From NCBI GenBank assembly GCA_951406725.2, contig OX597825.1:88474001-88538000 (forward strand): a DNA stretch of 64,000 bases. Reading direction: 5' to 3'. Positions 51,661-64,000 of the stretch are shown piece after piece (within the stretch, counting starts at the first letter, position 1; each line of letters opens with the position of its first letter). Under the pieces are notes generated by a model. That model did no database searches. It was not told the DNA's origin and worked only from the letters and a program-made list of their open reading frames with translations. Position numbers and translations under genes: made by a program. The stretch is from Octopus vulgaris. Lineage: Eukaryota.

Positions 51661-54600
51661 TATGAATTAATGGACAAACAAAAGAAAAGGGTACTCAAAA
51701 CTTTTAGTAGAAGTTGCATATGATATTTAAAACAATTTGATTCAGTTTCCGTGCCAAGGTTTGCAGGTCCTTAACGTAGCGCGAGGCCTTCAGGCTTCTG
51801 GAATGGCCGAATGAATGAAGAAGTTCAAAAAGTTTAACACGGCTACCGGAAGATGGGCTACGACGGAACTGAGAGGGTCACATGGTGTTAAGGTGGATAA
51901 TGTCGCTTGGTAAACGACACCAGTTCCATCAATAAAAATGGAGTTTCTTTGACTGCGTTGTTGGAGAGGTAACTGACGGTGTCTGTGTGTCTGAATATGG
52001 TATTAGTAAGGCCGGTGTATACTTGTTTTGTGTGTGTGCGTTTACTCGCGCACATATTCATTTGAAGAGTGTGGACTTGCGCGTGCACTGGCGTGGCTGT
52101 TGCGGTGTTTATGTGTGTTGTGTATGCGTGCGTATATGTGTATGTGTGCGCACATGCTTACGTATGTATATGGAAACATAATAATGTCAGTAATCTCCAA
52201 GATTTTGAGGTTCAGCAGGGGAGAGGATCTAGAGAAAATCACTCGTTTCCAGCAATGAGAAGTCACTTTTCGGTTGATTAAAGTAGTGTGTTTATATCTA
52301 TTGAGACTCAGCGATCCGTCTCGGGCAGTGAAACCTGTGAATGTCTAAAGACATGCTCGTCTGTTGCCGCTTGACATGCATTTATGATAATGTCTAACGT
52401 CACAGCAACTGCATGTGCGAGTGCTTGGCAGAATAATGCGCTACATTTGCCATAACAAATGTAAAATTGACTCAGCTTTTGAGCAAGATGCTGTGCTGGA
52501 AATCGAGTTGGCGATCACGTTACAAATACACGTGTGTGTGTGTGGTGGGTCTGCTTGTGTGTGTGTGAGCAGCGTCCCACTAATTATTGAGAAATTTCGT
52601 TGTCTATAATTTTAGTGAGTAACGATGCGAAATACAAAATCAGCACACACACACACTTATATGGACATTTTATTGCATATGTTATTCAACTGTCGAAGTA
52701 GCTTTTTATACAATAAATAATTTTCCATGTAAAATTATTTACGATTTTCTAATATATGTATATGTCTGTGTGTCGTGAAGATACAAGAGAGTTTTTTAAT
52801 TAAAATCTGCGAAACTAGAGACGAATTATGTTTGTTAGTCTGCTCCTGGTAACTACAAATAATTATGACTAACATGTTATTAAAACTCATAATGGCTGTT
52901 ATGTTTGATGTTCGTATTCACAGACGTTCATCAGCTGATTCCAAACAAACATTTTTTTCTATTTCGTTTGTATTCTAACATGGAAGGAAAAGTGAAACGG
53001 AACGTAATTGAGTTCTTTTGTTGATGTTTTAGCCACAGCATATCGTCAACCGTGGCTCTCCGTTTCGTTAGCTTTCCCTGTCATTCTCTCTCTCACACAC
53101 ATACACGCTCACATACATATATAAATGTTGTGGAGTTATCTATACCTATTTAAATGTTTGCCATGCTCTGTAATCTTATTATCTGTTTCAGGACAGTAGC
53201 GAAATTCTAGCTAGAGTATTCTGAACACAACATTACTTATTTACACTCTATTATGCATTGAGCAACTGATTTCCCGTCCTCGGAAATTCTAACGCATATC
53301 TATACCCACATTGATATTATATATATATATATATACATATACTACTACTAAATTAGTCTGCCGGTTTATAATTACGGAATCAAAATGTTAGACTATATAT
53401 GATTATTGTCAGTTATTTATACATAAATCATTTCCTATACCGGCGGTTGCATATTTATTCTTGTTTCTTAAAAAGTCATTATTTATCCTGCAATAAATCT
53501 TCTGAGATGCTTCTGTTTGACAACTTAAACTCCTTTCTACATCATATATTTAGTTAGGTAGTGAAGAATATTCTCTCTAAATTTTTGAGAAAATAAATAG
53601 ATAGCAAAAATATCACTTTATTTCCTTCCCAGTGCACTAAACGAAATGTTTGTCAATATGATTTTTCTGCCTGTCTTTACATTTTCTCACCCTCTCTTGC
53701 TTCGATCCTTTTTTACCCTTCCAACCACTTTTGTTTACGAAATCTGTCATCTCGTATTCATTTTTATTTCAACATATTTTACTTTGGTTGTATTTGTTTC
53801 AACGTTTACTCCATTAACTTTTTTTTTTCAGATCATTACGCTCCTTATATCGTGCAAAAATTTCATACATATTCATTACGAACTTATCTGGAATGAAACC
53901 AAAAGCAATAAGCTTCCACAAAACGGACGAAAAACATAGTTTATCGTTAGAATAGAAATAAGAAGAAAAGCATAACCGAAGGTTGGAGGAGGCGGGGAAA
54001 AGCGAGTTTGTTTCTAAAATCGATTATTCTCGGAAGACTTGAGAAAATTTCAACACTTGCGCTTTCCGCAAATATTAACCATGTGTTCTGTTCATTCATC
54101 GAACTGGCAACAAATAAATAGACATTTGTTTTACGATTCAGGTAAAAATACAAAAGCAATGACAAATGGTGCCATTATCACCACCTTTTTTTGTTTTTTG
54201 GCTGTTTCTTTCTTTCTGTTTTCTGTGTACGAATGCACTCAAATAAACTATTACGGCAAAATTTGTTAGAACAATATCTCACCTTTAATTGATTACCAGT
54301 ACCAAATGGTACTTTGCAGAGCGCAAACATGTCTTAACTAAACGTAAAAGGCACTGCTTCAGTAAAAAAAATGTTGACATAAAATACAGTTTCAGACAAT
54401 TGAAAGGCTTAACAGCGTGTTTAGAAAATAAACAAGAAAACTAAGCTTAGCACAAATCTACAACGCAATTAATTAGCTAAGGTGAGTAAAACATCCACAT
54501 AAACAAAGGGCATAATGTGGACAGGTAAGATACCTCTTTGGAAACTAGGTTCAATACAAAAACGCATGTATAAAGTAGCAATATTCGAAGACCTTCCAAA

Positions 54601-56198
54601 ATTATGCAGAATAGAAGAATGGATGATTCTGTCAAAATCGAAAAAAAAAAAACAATTATAAAATATCTGCTGGTGGAAGCTTAATGTTAATTACGACATA
54701 GGATATTTTTTTTCCATTAGTTTCCTGGTGAGAATATAAAAGACAGCATCCGTGATAGTTACACAAAAAGTACTCAGATGAAAAGAAAAAAAATCATCTG
54801 AAGATAAATAGAAATTAGAAATCGTAGAGCAATTATCGGCCATGTGTTTGCGATGGAATCAACTGAGGAATTTCTCATGAAAGATTCTATAAATTTTAGA
54901 CAAGTGTGAATTTGAACAAGTGACAGATGGGTAGATGAAACTAATCATGGATTAATGGGAAATAAATATGCAGTTCCGAACATTGTGAATATACCGTCAA
55001 ATAAGATTCGTTTTATACTGCAGATGGAATGAATACTATATACACAGATTACATTAAGCTGGAATAGATCGTGTCCAGAAACTCTGCAGAAAGCTGGACA
55101 ATAGAAGATCTTCAGCCAAGAAATCAACCGCTTCTCGTAACAGTGTTTTCGTTTAACTCATTACATTCTAAATGGGAAATACAACGTATCAACGCCATGA
55201 TTCTTGAACATCAGTGTGTTGGTACGTAAAGTGCAACATTCACATTCCTAACTGCTCAATGCGCACCCCCTATCTGAGTGTGTGCGTGTGTGTGCGTGTG
55301 TGTATGTGTTAGTGGAAAATAGATGATAAACACACCACGTATTTCAGAAGCATACAACTAAACTTCCTACATTTGAACCTATTTTTCTGAGAATATAATT
55401 TTGAGAGAGCATCCTGCATATTTCATTTTTTTAAATATTTTATTTTATCTAGTTTTAGCTCACGAGCTTCGGCCATGCTGGGGCACCGCCATTATTGTAG
55501 AATATAAGAGTTAGATACATAACTGCTTCCGCCAAGGATTCTTTAGTGTTCGAAGAAGTCCTATATTACGGGAATATCATTTACCATGAAACATCCTTAT
55601 AGTAATATTTACAGCTTTCAGAACATTTTGAATGATTGATAAGGAATTCATCGACTTTTCGATCGAATAAACTTCGCGAGGACACATTTAATGTTTGGCT
55701 GATTAGACACACGGACATAAATCGCTTGGCTTCCATAAACATCTACCACGGCTTCTCCTTATTACTTCGGTAACTGGTATTCATAACACTGGGCTCTTCA
55801 CGCAACTACAAGGATATCGCAGATTGATATTCATGATTTTCTTTTGCCACTTCTATATGTCATTCACACTTAATCTACACTTGTACTGATGCTACACTGA
55901 TTAGACAGATAGTGTTATTGACAGACGAAGAGAAACACAGTTTAAAGAGGCACTTCGCTATACAAGGACAGAAGTGGATGCGAACTCACAGTACTGTGTA
56001 TTGCAATTTTAGTGAAATATTACTGAACAGAGTGATGGCTAATTGAATAATATTAAAATCTTAGTTTGTCCGTGTTGAGTAAACACGCACACACACACAC
56101 ACACACACATACATATACAAATGTGCGCTCTGAGTGATGGAAATTAAATGCGCTTTTTAAAGTTACTTTAAACGTCTCTCCGACATTTTTTCTGATAT

Positions 56199-56415
56199 TT
56201 ATTTCTTTACTACCCACAAGGGTCTAAACACAGAGGGGACAAACAAGGACAGACAAACGGATTAAGTCGATTACATCGACCCCAGTGCGTAACGGTACTT
56301 AATTTTTCGACCCCGAAAGGATGAAAGGCAAAGTCGACCTCGGCGGAATTTGAACTCAGAACGTAGCGGCAGACGAAATACCGGTAAGCATTTCGCCCGA
56401 CTTGCTAACGTTTCT
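56199..56415 (-). mobile_element. SINE family B, nearly full length
   Basis: Reverse complement matches 37745-37971. Confidence 0.85.
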
Positions 56416-56504
56416 TAATCAACACATGTATTGGCAGTTTGTACTGACTAAAACTTGATTTAATATTTACAAAACCAAGTTGTGACTATTTTACATGAGT
56501 GTAA

Positions 56505-56559
<55 letters not shown>

Positions 56560-58549
56560 TCTCTGAAATAGTTTTTATCTCAACTCAAGAGAAGTGTAAT
56601 TAGGGGTCTTCCATCGAGTATTCAGAATTCACTATTTTTCTATATAATTTATTCGGACGAAATGTAGCATTCGCCTCTCAAGATCCATCTCAGAAATGTT
56701 GATCTAATGCTGAATTTGATGTTGGTTTTATTGTTTCGTTCCAGAATTTACCTGACTGAGAAGACGTTTCCAATCGTGATTATCCGGTTCGTAGGTACAG
56801 TTTATCTGGAGCGACAGTGTTTAATGCGCAGAATTGATTCCCACTATGCGAAGAGCGTGTTTTTTTTAATAATTTTTTTACTTTGCATGTATTTCATTCC
56901 TAGTCATCTTATTTACTGTTATTTCTTTGCAAAGGATCTTGTTTGCGTCACACGTTAAAGCCGAGAATACAATGATCCATATATTCAATTTAGATAAATA
57001 TTTTTACATAAAAGAAGATAACACCAGCCTTGTCCTCCTTCTCTTGAAACATTTTGAATTTACTCTAAGTAAATAATACAGATAAAACAGAATATTCACC
57101 CATGATACAAGATACTGAAGGCTGCTAAAAGGACGAACCTGGATTCAAAAGAGTGCTTTTTTCTGTTTGGGAGCTATAAACTTTAAAATATCCTGTGGTG
57201 TTTTTTCCCGGAGGTAACAGCAAATGGGAACAATATTGCCAACTCTTGTGCCTTTTATTTCCCGTACTTGTTTCACGCGCTCACTTGCGCGTGGGCGGGA
57301 TTATACGGGTGTAAGTAGACGGGTTGTTTTTTTCTACCCTATTATATTTACAGTATGGCTGTATTCCCACAAGCTTTATGAAATGTTCTAATATATTCTA
57401 TTTAATCCCGATTGACTGTTTTGGAACTGGAAATTTTCTTAGCCTCTTTTACTGTAACATTTCTAATAGTCTGACCGTTTCAGAAGGAAATCGTTAAAAC
57501 CAGACGTGAAATGGTTTCACAGATTCATCGGTTTTATTTTCATATGTTTATATTCCATGTATGATGCATTTTTGTATAGTTTATCTTTGTAATTTGTTAT
57601 TAATAATTAGCTATAACTAATTTTTTTAAGCAGCAGAAACAATCCCCATTCGGTAGCATTAGTTGCAAGTGGGTTGTCCTCATTTCGGATAGGTTTTGTT
57701 ACTGCATCAAGTTGTCTTATTGCTCCGCCGTTCTAACGAATGACCAACTTAGTTCAATATTTACTTTAAATACTAAATTGTGACTTGTCCGATGTACTTT
57801 TAATGAAACCATAATCTTTTGTATAACCAGCTTATATTTGATCCATGCAAGGATGTATTATCCGTCTTTTACTAAAGACTGGATTTGTTGGTCTTGTATT
57901 GCACCAAAATAACATGTTTCTTCGTCTCTTATTAATTATGGGATTTAATCATTGATTCCTTATTAAGGGTTGGTAATTAAACATCTGAAAATAATTACAT
58001 AAGAAAATCTTCAACTATGAACGACCGAACATTAAGAATGCCTTCTACCTGTCGAGGTTTCTCTCGCACTATCCCCCCTCTCTCTGAGTATACACATGTT
58101 TGTGCGTATGTATTATATATATATATATATGTATACTTATGCATGTACTAAGCATACACACACACACATATATATGTGTGTGTGCGTGTGTGACTATGTG
58201 TTTACGTGTGCACATGCTTCCTGCATGTATGCGCGCGTCCGCGTGAACTTAGCCTATATTAATTTATTGTCACCTCGAGACAAAACACGCATGAAATTTG
58301 TACTGATAAGATATGAATTTAACTTGTATATTTTAATGTAAGCAATTCCCTCTATAGAATTAGTTTAAAACTATTTTCGTTACAGTTAGGATGATTAGAA
58401 ATTCTGAAAGAAAATTGCAGACTTTAATTACAAAATTCATTATATTTTCGCTTATCTTGTTTCTTCAAAAATAACTCTTGTAGACTCTGTTAGATTACAT
58501 TCATTCATTTTCTGCCTTATAATCAACACCACCATTACTACTTCGCAAA

Positions 58550-58650
58550 TCATCTTGTGTAGCAGCAGCAGGAGAGGCATCATAATAATCATCATAATCA
58601 TTACAATCGTCATCATCACCACAACCATCATCATCAGCAGCAGCAGCATT
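58550..58650. repeat. Mixed (CAG)/(CAT)n trinucleotide tract
   Basis: Directly visible. Confidence 0.8.
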
Positions 58651-58962
58651 CGTCAACGGCACCATTGGTATCGTATCAGTTCTACTTTTGTATTGACAAA
58701 ATATAATAATGAAAATGACGCCTGATCGTAAGTAACATAAGCTAAATATAATTAAATGTTGTGAAATCGATTAATAAAAATAATAATATTTGCAACTGAA
58801 TCTATCCTTGAGAATGTTCAAGGTTTAGTGCTGGAATGGCTCGTGGTTACGTGTGCTTCCTGACCGAAAAGCATGAGGCAGAACAGTTAAGTCGATTAGA
58901 GAAACAGAAGCGCATTTCATTGTCTCAGAAGCAAATGATACTCAACATATGTATAATTTAGT

Positions 58963-59021
<59 letters not shown>

Positions 59022-59039
59022 GTAAAGGGTCCTCTCGTT

Positions 59040-59400
59040 GGGTGCTTGGTACATTTATATATAAAATTTTTACTCATACAGAGATTCATCAGAGGACATT
59101 TTGATTTATCTTTGCATGCGCATTTATCGTTTTTATTTGTATATAAGGCAGTCCTAATACCTAACTCCATTAATCGGCGTTGTTACTGTGGTAGCTGTAC
59201 TATTAATATTTCTACTATTACAAATTGGTCGTAGTTGTTCTCTATCAATGCGGATTACATCTCCTTGGTCGGTATTTAGATGCAAATTTTCGCTCGATCC
59301 AGTACGTGGTTTAGTGAAGCTTCGCCACATTTTGCTATTGTTTACGCGATGAATAAGCTGCTCAAATAATAGCAGAGTGTGTCGATTAAAAATAAACATG
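59040..59400 (-). pseudogene. Penelope-like element linker and start of GIY-YIG domain
   Basis: IFNRHTL.. then CACKDKSKCPLMNLCMSKNFIYKCT (CxC..CPL..C..IY motif); truncated at a CA/TA microsatellite. Confidence 0.75.
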
Positions 59401-59683
59401 ATACCTAACGATCACTGTGAAAGCGATCGTGTTTTACCAGAAAGATAACAGGTGTAAACTATCCACAGATAATTGCTCATTTACAGTTATGCTGCAATTC
59501 TGTATCTTATATACAAATACATCTCAAGAGAAAATGCATATCATTCTTGGATAATGTATGCCAGTTGTGTAATAAAATTTATTGCTTAGCGTTAAGCAAT
59601 ATCTTAACACCATTAGAAGATGTTGAAAAATTGTTAGGTTTGTTAAAGCTGAATGTGTTACTCTCCTGGGAGGTAAATATCTT

Positions 59684-59745
<62 letters not shown>

Positions 59746-61002
59746 CAGTGACAAATGCTGGAGAATGCGTGGGAATTATGATAGAAAGAAAAAGAGAAAG
59801 TCATTACAATGGTCAGAAAGGAAAACTCGAGAATACGAAAGATTGATTATGATATTTAACGATTTGAGGTTGAATTGCATTTCAACTTGAAGCATGAATG
59901 AAATTAGAGAAAAACATTGCAAGCCGCCTATTATGTTTCTTACACTTTCCGCCCCATTTCTTTACATTCAGTGTCTTCACATACCTCTGAACCTCTTCAA
60001 ACCTCGATACTCTGATCATAGGATCTGTTTCTGTAAGCGCAGAATCGTCAATAGAATAAAGAATAGTGAGATAAATCTTTGTCCCAGGCAGGTTCATTCG
60101 TTAATGTCCGAACGTTTGAAATGTATGTTAAGGACATCACTCCTGTTACTGATGCATAATTAATCTCCAACTGGTTGGAAAGATTTACATAAGTATTCAA
60201 CATATAATAGCGACGATTTGTGTCAATACGATTATTTAATACAGTTCCAGCAGAAAGTATAGCAAAGTTTCAATTGATCAACACATGAAGATTTCGCTTT
60301 TATTTCTAATGAAATAAAAGAATGACAAAGGCATGAATAGAAAATGGGAAGATTGAATGATAATCAACGCTACACTTGTGAAATATTAAATGACTCCATA
60401 CTTTGTCGATGAATGGGTGGTAACCAACTTCATTGGCTTCGCCATTGCAAGATACTGGTTCGATTTTCAGGATTATTACTGCACTTCAAACTACAGCAGA
60501 ATAATCAAGTAAATTGTATTTATATATATAATATGGGAGAACTTTCGGCACAACAATGTCACTCTTAACAATAGAAGAACGTTTTGTTGAAATTTCTAAA
60601 TGGGTTTCATTAGAAAAATATGAGCTGACAAATGCCGACTTGTAGAGTAGATATCCTGTATAGCAATGAACGCTTCAGATATGAATGTCTGAGTAACTCA
60701 CAAGTGTCTATTATACAAATTGATTGCTTGTATCTTTAGTGTTACACTGTCGTCACTGCAGTAAATAAGAGACCTGGTTTTTAATGGTTCGGAAATAAAA
60801 TATCTACATTGAATCTGTATGAATCAGAAACCTGTGTTTTAAATAACAGTAGGAATACGAATTTAAATAAGTGAGAGCAAAGATAAAAAACGACGCGACA
60901 CGCCAGACTGTCACCGCTATCTTAAGCCATTTGTTGCGAAAATAACAATTTCTGACTTTGTTGAAATTTCTTCCTCTTTATTCAGTAATCAAATGTATAA
61001 TA

Positions 61003-61066
61003 TGGTCCTCTTTTGTAGCAGTGGAAATAAAGTTTTCTTTATTTTCACTGCTACAAAAGAGGACCA
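61003..61066. other. 64-nt hairpin (30-bp stem, TTTT loop)
   Basis: TGGTCCTCTTTTGTAGCAGTGGAAATAAAG-TTTT-CTTTATTTTCACTGCTACAAAAGAGGACCA; single G.T. Confidence 0.9.
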
Positions 61067-61959
61067 AAAGCAATATCTTACATCTTATGGTAATTATTAT
61101 TGAAACAATGCTCCTTTTATCATTGTTTCAATATGTTTCATATGTTATTTGCTTCAGAGATGATGAGTGTGTTGAACGGTGCCAGCTTCATCTTCTTTCA
61201 CCGAATTATGTGAGGAATTTTTAAAAACCAGATGGATTTGATCGAGTTTGCTTTCGGTGTTGATTTGCCAAAGTGGGTTAAATTCAGTATATACAATTGC
61301 AAACAACAGAAGCTGTTACGAGAGTATGCAAAGAGTATTAAAATGACAACATCCTCTATATTTAAGTAAAGACCAACCAGTAAGTTTTATAACTATTAAC
61401 ATTTTGCAGTAATTAAAAACAATTACATTACATAAAAATTAATGAACATTACCAACAAAATATCTTTCCTCTTGAACTAATCAAATGATAACATATGTCA
61501 ATGTTATGTAATTTAAAGTGAAATATGGGTATTTCAGATATCCGTATTTGTGACAGACATTAGACATAAATACCTATGAGTGTTTCATTGCATTTTTAGA
61601 GGTTGAAATTATCCCCAGTTTATAATGTAAAAATTGCTTTGAAAATATTTAAATCTATAAAATCGCAATGACAAAACCTGTACAGATGGAGATTACAATT
61701 CCAATTCGAAAGACACTACTTTCACGACTGAGCCATCATTGAAACACAAAATAACTTGTAACCAATAAAACAATCAACATTCGCCGCTCAAACAAAGCCA
61801 TGACAAAAATTAAATAACAAAATATTTAGTTTGTGAGGCTTGTCTTTGTTGTAGAAAGATAAATGTTTTAATATTTCCGTTCCCACAGAAAAGGTCAAAC
61901 AACACAACACAACATGTAATTTAAACTTTCTCAGTTTTTCCATTTCAATTAATTTTAAG

Positions 61960-62031
61960 AAAGTAATAACTCGTTTCATATGAATGCACTCAAATGAACT
62001 CCATCGTGCTCTTTCATCAGTAAATTACTTT
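61960..62031 (-). ncRNA. Degenerate hammerhead-like motif
   Basis: AAAGTAAT-TTA-CTGATGA-[..GCAC...GTGC..]-GAAA-CGA-GTT-ATTACTTT. Confidence 0.45.
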
Positions 62032-62329
62032 TTCTACTAATATTTTTCCAAAATAACGGTCACTTTCCATAACGCAGAAAATTAAACCAAAACACAAACA
62101 TATTCTAACCGCTTAATTTTCTACATATTCATTAACAAAATAATTCAGTTCCAGATTTAGATGAACACGAAAGAAATGTTGCATTAAAAATAGTTATTGC
62201 TCGCTGTTCGTTATTTTCAACAAATAACGACCACTAAAAGAGGAATCAAAGAACTCGATTCTTCCTTATTAATAAAATCAGACAAACAAGTATGACGAAT
62301 TTTCGTACAGTTACACATTCACAGATGCA

Positions 62330-62380
<51 letters not shown>

Positions 62381-63232
62381 CATACATACATACATACATA
62401 CATACATACATACATTAACGCAAATAAATATACACACGCGTGCATGATCACACACACACAAACAATTCCTGTATGCATTTATACTGGCAGAGATGGATAT
62501 ATCGTAACGTTCCTGAATACTTCTTTCTCTTTCAAGCATGCTATATTTAAGAGATAATAAGTTTGACCTTCTTTTTGTTATTGAAAATGATTAATGTTTT
62601 CTCATTGGTTCATTAAGTTTTAAAGACGTGGCCAGAAAGATCTTAGAATCTCCATCGTTATTTTACCAAACTAAATAATAACAATGAAGTGAAAATCAAA
62701 CATAAAAAGCGGATGGCCGACGATTAAGTGGTTCTGTCATAAAATTAAAAAAAAACATGAAAAAAAAACATATTCTGAGACGAATATAACAGATATAGCT
62801 CATATTTAATGCACACATCGTATAAAAGAAAAAATATAACTTGACAATATTTAAATGAATCACAGAAAGTACTTTAAGTACCAATATAAAATATAATTGC
62901 AATAAGAAATGAATCATTTTGCTACATCGATCATATGGTTATAATATAATTGTGATAATCGTGCATTAGAACCCAAAGCCAACCGATCTAAAATAAACCA
63001 TTCTGTCAGTATTTCATTGTGAGAGAAAGTTCAAATAGCTATGAATTACTAATATGTTAATTAACTAATTTATTTATTTAATTGATTTAGGAGACTAATA
63101 TCAAACATACAGAGAGTGACAAAGAAAAATGGAAAATATTTTGGAAAAAAATTATAACCCTTTGCGTAATGAAGTATGTTTGACGCATAAACTCCTCTCG
63201 GCAGATTTGTACATATATTAACACATACAACA

Positions 63233-63435
63233 TGGCGGAATCGTTAGCTCACTTACAAAATGCTTGGCGGCATTTCGTCCGTCCTTTCGTTCTAAGTTCA
63301 TATTCCTCCGCGGTCGACTTTGCCTTTCATCCTTTCGAGGTCGATAAAATAAGTACCCGTTGAACTCTTGTGTGCGATGTAATCGACTTAGTCCTACCCG
63401 TGAAATTGATGGCTATGTGCTAGAATATGAAATCA
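63233..63435 (+). mobile_element. SINE family B, alternative tail
   Basis: GTCGACTTTGCCTTTCATCCTTTCGAGGTCGATAAAATAAGTACC. Confidence 0.8.
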
Positions 63436-63487
63436 ATATCAATAATGCAGACCCACACACACATGCATAAGAGAGAGAGACTAAACA

Positions 63488-63534
<47 letters not shown>

Positions 63535-63562
63535 CATACATACATACACTCTTTGAGTAAAG

Positions 63563-63904
63563 ATTATTCTCAAGAAAATCCAGCAAACGCCGGAACGTAG
63601 GCGAGCAAGACAAATGAAAAGATACAAACTATAAAGATTAATCACAAACCAGATTTCATTGTTACCACATACGTAATACTTACCTAAATGTCTGCAATTC
63701 ATCAGTGTGATTCTCAGAACAAAATATAACATGCAGAACTATAAACGGGACGTCCGCATGGGAGTGAATATTGAGCATTGAACGTAAGTATTACGTAAGT
63801 GGTAACAATGAAACCGGATTTGTGTTTAATCTTTATATTTTGTATCTCTTCATTTGTCTCGCACGCCTATGTTCTGGCGTTTGCTGAATTTTCTTGAGAA
63901 CAAT
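63563..63904. mobile_element. Diverged inverted repeat (~125-bp arms, ~85-bp spacer) of pLTR-like tails
   Basis: TTCTCAAGAAAAT.CAGCAAACGCC..TTTCATTGTTACCAC.TACGTAATACTTAC vs its reverse complement at 63776-63904. Confidence 0.85.
63640..63712 (-). ncRNA. Type I hammerhead ribozyme motif
   Basis: AATCACA-CTGATGA-ATTG...CAAT-GAAA-TCTG-GTT-TGTGATT; 7-bp stem I, GUU site. Confidence 0.7.
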
Positions 63905-64000
63905 ATTTTCTTAGTGGTCAGACAATATGGAGTCTACTTCTAGCATAATGGATCTCCACTTAGTGGTCATCCGACTTATATGTATGTAATATAATTTTTC

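Noticed and set aside
58452-58649. Met/Leu/Val-rich ORF or polyQ-like exon
   Set aside because: Explained by a CAT/CAG trinucleotide tract; no splice or homology support
59882-60097. ORF with EVQRYVK reminiscent of a DNA-transposase C-terminus
   Set aside because: Similarity too weak to assign without a profile search

Overview
AT-rich, microsatellite-saturated animal genomic DNA, most likely Octopus or a related coleoid cephalopod (inferred from two abundant tRNA-headed SINE families). I find no supportable host protein-coding gene; nearly all listed ORFs are (TA)n/(CA)n translation artefacts. The window is mostly mobile DNA. (1) At least six clearly foldable type-I hammerhead ribozyme motifs, plus several degenerate ones, sit in short Penelope-pLTR-like units that mostly abut (TA)n tracts. 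Three units are palindromes carrying outward-facing ribozyme motifs, and two motifs carry a compensatory U3-A8 core. Penelope-type GIY-YIG fragments are also present. (2) Two strictly co-oriented stacks of different R4/Dong-type (RLE) retrotransposon pieces are spaced by (TAA)n and include a fixed-length ~560-bp non-coding passenger element. (3) A Tx1/L1-type 3' end lies in (GATA)n and its tail resembles the tail of the Meta-domain SINE. (4) A decayed stretch carries RdRp-like motifs F/A/B/C and is a possible endogenous RNA-virus element. (5) Also present: an 823-bp foldback element with an 8-bp TSD, mariner and DD37D maT relics, RTE relics, a non-autonomous Helitron inside a near-perfect 1.46-kb tandem duplication, and several hairpins. 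All calls are by-eye; coordinates of degenerate elements are approximate.
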